DNA from: a virus
Virus record (IMG/VR): IMGVR_UViG_3300037485_001872
Span: 70,123 to 134,122 of that record
Direction: 5' to 3' (one strand)
DNA length: 64,000 bases
Within the stretch, counting starts at the first letter, position 1; every line of letters begins with the position of its first letter. Both the position numbers and the translations under genes were made by a program. This document shows, piece after piece, positions 8,801 to 17,800 of this stretch. The notes under the pieces were generated by a model. The model had not been told where the DNA came from. It was given only the letters and a program-made list of their open reading frames with translations, and did not search any database.

Positions 8801-11800
8801 TGCGGCCTGGGAACCATCTGTAGATTCAATATCTCTCACTGCTGAGAAAAACTCATTTTTTATAGTTTTCTTTTTAGCCTCCTGTACTTTAACAACTTCG
8901 CTCGGTCTAAGTTCAGAGAAATTTTTAGAGAATAAACTTTGTGCCACCTTATTATTCATTTTAGTTTGCACAATTTCATCCAGCTTTCTAAGTTGATTTG
9001 CAATCTCTAAATCCACTCCTGTTTTTTCCTCACCTGTTTCCGCATTGAAGAAACTTTTACGAGCTTTTCTGTCAGATACAATTCTACTTAAATTATATTG
9101 GTCTTCCTCTTCAATTTTAGAATAATCCACTGAACCAGAAACACGATATTTTTCTAGTATTTCTGCTTTACGGGAAGCTAAATTAGCTAGGAACACTCTT
9201 AATTCATTTCCAACACCTGCTTCTGTATATAGATTTTCTTTATCTTGATAGTACTTAGCAACCATTGGTCTTTCAAGGTTTTCTTCATACCAATCATTTT
9301 TTGCTTTCAGAAATTTGTCTAATCCCTCATCGGTTAAGTCTGTTTCTACTGGGTATCGTTTTGCTTTTGCAATTTCTTCTTTTTTCTCATCGGTTAAATT
9401 AGCTTCATAAGCATCCTCAATCATTTTCTTTTCTGCATTGTCGAAGTCTTGGCTTCTAATAACAGAAATTAAATAATTGGACACTGAGGATTCTCTTAAA
9501 CTTTTGAAACGAGTTATGTTCCAATTGTTTTTCTCAGCATAAGCTATAAGAGGGTTGATAATTTTTAATGTAGCTAGGTTAGCTAACATATTATTATTGG
9601 CAACAATCTTACCTAATAAATTTAAGAAAATATTTGGAGCATGTTCTAGCTGTCCAAAAACCTTTTGTAGAACATTAACATCTCTTTGTACGGCATCAAA
9701 AGAAGCTTTAATATTCTCCTTAGTTACTACACCACTCTCTGTAGAAGAATCTGGAAGGTTAAGTCCCATTAATGTTCTATCTACTATTTGCTCAACATCC
9801 TTATTTTCTTGTAAGTATGCTTCCCCCTGGATTCTATGTATCTCAATAGTTTGTTGTTCTAGTTGAGCTACAAGTTTATCCTTATTTACATTTGGTTGAT
9901 TTGGGAAGGTTTTAAATAAAGCAATAAGTCTATCTAACTGTGGAAGGGCTACAGTTGTTAAATATCTGTATTGTGATTGGTCTCCAAAGTTAAAAGCGGC
10001 TCCTGGGGTTTTTTTGTAAATACGAAGCTTGTTACTTAAATTGGTAATCTGTGCTTCATTCATACTAGCTATAACTTGAACAGCATGAAATTCATCCACT
10101 TCATTTAAAGAATTATTTAGAGCCTCTAATTTAACCTCCTCTGTTAAAGTATCATCAGCAAAAGCTTTGTTAAGTGTGGCTGTATTGGTTCCTATTTTTG
10201 CTATCGCTGCATTTAACCTACGAATATCTGATTTTAACGTCTGTGCGCCACTATCTTTAAGCTTTTGTAGAATACGTTGGTTACTTTGGATGTGTTGCTT
10301 CGCAACTTCTAATTCACCTAATAAACGTCTACGTGTTACATCTAATGTATTCACTACAGTGTTATTTACACTATATAGCACTAATGAACTTTGCTTTAAT
10401 ACATTTCTATCTAGAAACTCAGAATCCTCATTTAAAGCTATCCTTGTAGCCATATCCATATACTCCTGAAGAGCTGTTCTATGTCCTACATTTAAATGAG
10501 CTTGTATTCTATTAATGAAGGAGTTGATAATAGCAATTAACTTTTGAAATAAGGAGGGGTTCCCTGCTGTGTTAGCAAATCCCTCTAGAATATTATTTAA
10601 AAGAATTTTTCCTAGGATTTCACGTCTAACGGCTTCCTCAAGTTCTTCTCCCTCATACAACTCAGAATACTTTTGATAGTACTCACCACTAAAAGTTTCC
10701 CATTCAGGTGTATTTTCAATTTCTTTTAATAAGTCACGGATTTCTTGTTGGTTTGGGTGCGCTTCTATTATTATATGCGCCACTTCTTCTGTTAAGTCTT
10801 GTAATGTAGCATTATCTGAAAGAGCTACAACACCATTAGCTAAATCTACTAAAGCATTTACCGATAGGTCAGTGCCTGTACGTACTTTATATTTGGCCGT
10901 ATATTCTGTAATACTCACTACAGAAATTCCCATTTTATTAAGTAGGCCAAGTAATTTAGATTTTAGTAAATCCTGCTCCTGTTTTGAAATAGGAACTCCT
11001 TTAAATGGTGTGGACTTTTGATATGACAGGTTAAATAAAACATCATGCACCCCGTCTAAATCTGCATCAATTTTCCCTTTTTCTAAATCAGAGATTGACA
11101 CTTGTTTAACCCCACCATCTTTGGTTGGTATTTCAATAACACTTTCATCTTTTTGATTAAGGGTGAATGTACCATCATTAGAGAGTGTCATTCCTTCTCT
11201 ACCTAAGTCGGCCAGAGCTTCATCAGAAAGGATGGCGGCACTAACAATTGAGTTTATAGCAAGTTCTCCCTTACCAGCTAATTTGAACTCTCCATTTGGC
11301 ATTTGCTTCTTGTTAGGAGCTATTAAACCTTGGCGTAAGTATTTATTTATAAATCCACTAATTGACTTAGGATTACTATTACTGTCAATAGCGGCCACCT
11401 TTAAAAAGCTGTCAGGATTTTCTAACTTGTATTGGTTATTCATCACCACTAAATCAGCAGTGGCTATATCGAATACATCTGGGTTAGTTGTAATCATTAT
11501 ATCGTCTGTAGATATAAATCCCATTTCAATGCTACCAATATTTGTGTTATTTAAAGCATCTGCAAAATTAGTGAACACTTTACCCTCTGGGGTACGATAG
11601 AATAGCTTAGGTTCTCCCCCTTTGTTTACTAGGGGATTTGCTTTTCCACTGATTTTAACCTTTGGATTTTTTATAACCACCTGGGTTTCTCTTTTTCCTG
11701 CGGCATCAAAAGTACTTAGGAATACAACATCTGCTTTGGCTGCATTTATCTCAGTTGTTTCATTTTGTCTAGCTACAGAGAATGGTACATTAGTTTCTAC

Positions 11801-14800
11801 CCTCACTGTCTCTACTTTTGGTGAATCTACTAGGTAGAAATCTACACCACTTCCTCTATCATACTCTTTGGCCATTTCATAAGTTGTGGCCGCAAAAATA
11901 CCCTCTACATCTGGGTGAGCATTAACTCCTGTCTTTCCATCTATTCCCTTAAAGTAAAGAGAAGGTGATTTCATTTTAGCCGCTGTAGATAGTATTAAGG
12001 CTTTTGCTGTAGGGTGTAATTTTTCTACAGGAACATTTTCTAGTTGTTTTTCAATATCTTCATTGGTAGATGGGGTTGTCCAATCTCCAAAGAATTTCTT
12101 AAATTTCTCTGAGAATACATTTTGGAAAATACCATTAGCATCTTCATTACTTTGGATGTGTGGGTTGGCAGCTATTTCTGAGAATAGTTCTGAAGCTACT
12201 TGAGGAGTTGGAGCTATTTTATTAGCATCAATCATATCCTCCACTGTTTTGTACATTTTCTTGAAATATTCAGCATGGAGTTGAGGATTAGAATGAAAAG
12301 ATTTTTCTAACATATTTTCATTTCTATCTGCCTCCACTGTAACATTCATCATATCATCAAGGGCTGTTCCTTCATATACGGCAAGATTATATATATTGGC
12401 GTGAGAAATAACATCAGCATTATCTTTTAAGAATTTAATTGTGTTCTCATACGTTGCTGCTGTTTCTTTTTCAAAACCAATGATTAAATTTGGAATAAAT
12501 TTCATTCCATTTTTTCTAATAATTTGAACGGCTTCTGCATTTAATCTTTCAGAGTTTGGTTTACTCATACCACGCATTACAGAGTCGTTATTAGACTCTA
12601 CACCAATTTCTACTAAAGCTATACCAGCTTTTTGCCAAAATCCTGGATTACTATCAATCTTTTTAACAGTGGCTGAGGTAGTTTGGATAATGAACCCTTT
12701 AAATCCTGGTTGTTGCTCCTTAACTCTTTGGTAAACATCTTCCAAATAAGTATAATTATCTGCCTGGCCAAATGTTTTATCATCTAAGTAGATGTATTTA
12801 GCATTTAATTTTGAAATATTTTCAACTTGCTCATCAATATTCTCCTTTGTTATTTTTTCAATCTTCTTAACAACAGTACAGAAAGCACAATTAAATAAAC
12901 ATCCTTCTGACATTTTTAGACGAGGAATAATTTCCATCCCTTTGAAAACATCATACTTATATCCATCTTTAAAATCATATCCAGCTTCTAACACCCCGTC
13001 TTCCATTGTATCAAAAGTAGAAGCATTTGTAGTGTTAAATTTACTTGAAAGATTAGGAATATAACCTCCTAACATGAAGTTTATTGATGGGTTGTCTTTT
13101 ACAAGTGTTTGAGCTGTAGATAAATTGGCATCTAATACAGAAAGCATTACCTTTTTATACCCTGCTTGTTGAATAAAGTTAAGGGTTTCCTCTGGGTCAC
13201 GCATTACATACATGTCCATATCTTTCCCTACACTATTATTAACAGCTGCTATCCAGAATGGAACCTCCATAAAGTCAACGCTTCTATCATACCCCTCCAC
13301 TTTAGAATACACCTTATCAAAATAATCATCAAAGATTTGTCCTTGTTCTGTAACATTTCCTTCACGTTGTCTATCCAATATGTATTGTGAGCTAACTTGA
13401 ATAGTTAATACCTTATCGGCATTATCTTTTGAAGGATTTTGGTTTACATAAATATTCTTTTGATTTAAACCATCATGTGCTGCTAATGCTTCTGTATATG
13501 TAGGAAACCCTTTAGTATCTTTAAATGTAGATGATGGTGTTAATGATGTATTTTTTTCAAAACTAGAAAGTCCTTCAATTTTAAAATTAGGACGGGTGGT
13601 TTCTTTCGAAAAATATGTGTTTGCTTCTTGTAATTTTTCTCTTACATTATCCCCACGGAACGTATTGAAATAAGCTATTTCTTGTTGCATTGCTTTTACA
13701 TCACCATTCACCACTGCTAATGCTAATTGACGAGCATGCTCTTGCGCAATTGACATTACAGGTTGTGCTTCATAAGCGGCTCTAAACAAGTCAAGGCGGT
13801 CTTGATTCATTGAAGATACTTGTGCATAACTATCTATTGGAGAAAGTCTATCTGAGGTAATTTTTCCTAAGAAATCTTCTATCTTATTTATCTTTTCAAA
13901 TATATAAGACGGGTCTAAAAATGTATTTTTGTATTTTGCAAGTTCTCTTAATACATCTCCTGCATTCTCTATTTTATATTTCCAAACATTTCCACCCTCT
14001 CCTTTAAAAGACACTTCTAAAAGTCTTTCTGCATTAGCATCTTGGTGGTCATATACATCAACTTCTTGTGGGGCTAAATATTGAAAGTATTCTCCTTTAA
14101 GTATAGCTCCTGTAGAACGAGAAATAAATTCTCCTAAAGGCATGTTCGCTAATTCTTCTGATGAAGCATCTTTAAGTCCAAATTGCTTGGCCACCCATTC
14201 ATAAATTGTAGAAAGCCAATCTTTTAGTTGTTGTAGGAAGCCTTTATCATTTGATAAATTGTCAAGTTCTTTTGCTCCATACTTTCCAATTAAGTTAGCT
14301 CTCACCTCATCCACAAGTCTTTCAAGATGTTGCTCAGGAGATTCCTCTGCTGCCCTAGCATAAACAGGGTTGTTTAAATCCATTCCTGTTGCTGTTGCTA
14401 AGTCACTAAGTTGGGTTTGTGAGTTTCTTACAACAAATTGTGTCATAATGTTATGTACATCAGTGTATTCCTTCTTTAATTCTGTATAAGAAATATTAGA
14501 TAGGTCTACCCCTGCAAATTTATGGTTTAAAATATCGGCCACTAATCTGGCTTCTACTTCCCCAAATAATAAAGAATAATTTAAGTATTTGGCATCTGTC
14601 TTATTTGTATTAAAGAAGTAATCTAATTCATATTGTGCAGCACTTAAAATATTACTTTCATTTACTGAAGGAGAGTTATTTTTTAGATAAATAGCAATAG
14701 CATCTCGTACTTCTCCTAATTTATTAGAAGAATTTCCTATTATTTTTTTGGCTTCGTTAAATATTGTATCACTATTTCCTCCTCTTGGAAAATTCTCTAT

Positions 14801-17800
14801 TTCCTGAATAGCATGACTTACTTCATGTATAAGAGTTAAAGCATAATATTTACTCCCATTAAGGTCGCCAGACTCGATATTGTTGATGATATTTCGAACC
14901 TCTCCTCCGTTGTTCCCAACTCCTGATTCTCCAATATTTTGCTCTCGGCTACTAATACGAATAAGTCCATTAGAGTAAGACCCGTTAGCTGTGTCAGCTT
15001 CTGATTTTTTGTAGAAATGTACATTTATATTTTTTAATTGTGGATATAATGTGAATAAACTAGTGTTTTCTAATACTTGGTCTAGGGTGTATTCTTTCCC
15101 TGGAGATGTATCTAGTCCTTTTTTAATATTAAACTCTTGTAATAGTTCATTAGAGAAATATTTCCATTGGCCTTCCTCTTTAAACCATCCTGTTTTATTT
15201 TCTATCTGTTGTGGGGAAGCTCCTTGAATTTCTAACTCCTTTGCCTGATTAAATAAAGAATTTAGCACGTTTAGGTTTTTTGCTCCTTGCTCTCCTACTA
15301 TTTGAAAAAGAGGAATATTGTGTTTACCTCCTAATACCTCTAATAGAATAAGTTGTTGTTCTCTCACAACATCCTCTGTTTTACTAAGTAATCTGTTTCT
15401 TCTAGCTTCGGGTGTAAAAATATTTCTATAAGTTACGTTACGAGCCTCTACTTCTCCTGCTAATTTTTGATATAAATTATATGGGGAAAACTCTGAAATT
15501 CTATCTCTAATAGGATTTAAATATTCATCTAAAGCATAAAGAACATCCATATAATCCTCTCTAGCTGCAATTTCCATCTTAATACGTAGTCTTTCAGGAA
15601 GATTATCCCACTCTTCTTCTATTTGTTTTGCTAACTCTTCGGATATTACTAAATCCTCTTTAATTAAAAAATCAGCCTTAAAGATTTTGTTTAGTTTTTT
15701 TTCTGTAATATCATCTAATAGTTCCACTATATAAGACATTTCCCTTAATACGTTCTCCTGTACTCTTAGATTTTCAATCTCATTTAGTTGTTCCTTGGTA
15801 AATATTTTATTTAAATTTTCTAATACTATTTCTGTGTTTCCACCTTTTGCAAAAAATTCTATAAATTGAATAGCATGTTGAAGCTCATGTATTAAATCTC
15901 CAAATATGAGTCTTTCTTCTTTAACATTTATTTCAATTGAGTTTGTTTCGGGGATATACCATGAATTATTTCTTACACGTGGGTCTATAGATATGGTGAC
16001 TTTCATATCTTTTAGTTGTGGGTATGCTTTAAATAGTTCTGAATTGTTTAACACTTGACTAAGTGTATACTCTCCATTAGTGCTTATTTTTAGGGTTCCA
16101 TCTGCAATTTCATACTTCCACTTTCCTTCTACCCCCTTTTCCCAACCTGTAGCTAAAAGGATTTCTTTAGGTGTCTTACCTAATTCTTCTAATTTTTGTG
16201 CCACACTTAGATTCTCTAACACGGCTGTAGCATTTTCTAGTCCTTTAGCCCCCTTTTCTCCTATAATTTGAAAAAGAGGAATACCTTGCTTTACCTCATT
16301 TTGTAGTTCTGGGGTGATGTCTATTTTATAAATAGATGGACTAATTGAATTTAATTCTTCCACTATCTTAGTAGCTTCATCTTTAGTATATTCTATGTCT
16401 TTTCCATTTTTATTATTCCATTCCCTAGCAATACCATTCCATATAGAAAAATTACCATTTGGTTTTTCCTCTATATATGATGCTGCAAGTAGTGCATTAT
16501 CGTCTTCAAACTTAGTAGTGGTTGGGGTTTGTTTAAAAACACTCTTAGCGACCTCCCCAACAGTGCCTAATGTTCCTTTAACAGGATTTCCGTAAAAGGC
16601 ATTCATCCCTTCTCTACGTGGCATAGAAACACCTGATTCCTCAGTTTGCATTCTATTCCATAACCTGTCAATTAATTTTTGTTTTTGTGCCTCGTTACGT
16701 TCTCTACTTAACACTTTATCAACAACTGCTGCAAGTTGTTCTTTAGTTTTAACTACAACATTATTAGCAGAAAGCATTAAATTATCAACATCTGTATTTT
16801 CAAATGCTGTTCCTCCCACTTGTTCTTTGATATTAATACTCCACCCCTCTAAAGGAGTGTATTTTGGTTTATCATTTATTGATGAATACTGGGCTCTCTC
16901 TTCAGGAGTTAATTTATCCTCCCATCCATTTCCATATTTGTTATAAAGGTCATTAACTAAAGTTTGTCTTTCTTCATTCCTTTCTTTGTTTCTTTCTGTA
17001 GCTTTTTGCCATTGGATTTTTTCACTTCCCCAACGTTCAAATTGTTGTTCACCATTTGTCCAAGAAATACTATCAACACCTTGTTTTACGGCTTCCTTTA
17101 AAGCAACTTTAAAGGCAAGTTTCACCCATTGTGGGGTACTTGTTATGAAAGGAGCTGTTGGTATTTTTGATTTAATGTTAAAATTATTATCAAATAAAGC
17201 ATTGTAATCCTCCTTATTTTGATTAAAATTTAATATGGCTTCGCTATTAACATTTAATTGTCTTTCATATGCAATTATTTCTGCCTTTATGAGTGTATCA
17301 GCAAATGCTTGTCTAGATGTATGATTAAAAAAGTGTGCATCATCTTTTCTATTATTAAAATCCAACATTTTTTCGTCATGTCTTTGTTGAATCATCTCTA
17401 ATCTAGTAGCAAGTGAGGTTTCAGAAAGTACTTTTATTCTATCTTCTGTTGCACTACTATTTAAATATTCAGATAGGTTTATTAATTTTGCATATTCCTT
17501 TTGACTATCTTCCCATCTAGTACGAATTTCTGATAGTTGTTCGGGGGATAATGCTGCTTTATCTGCTGTTATATTTTGAGCATTATATTTCTGACCCCAA
17601 TCGCTCTGAAGCTCTTCGAGAAATAACGTAGATGCACCATTTATATCTGTACGGGTATCCATACGTAAATGTACTAATACGTTGGGTTCATCCCAATGTG
17701 CTGAAGAGAAGTTTTTTGATTTTGAAATATCTGTTCCTATGTCCTCTAAATATTTATTATACTCTTCTTCAACTCTCTCTGGACTCCCAAATAATATACC

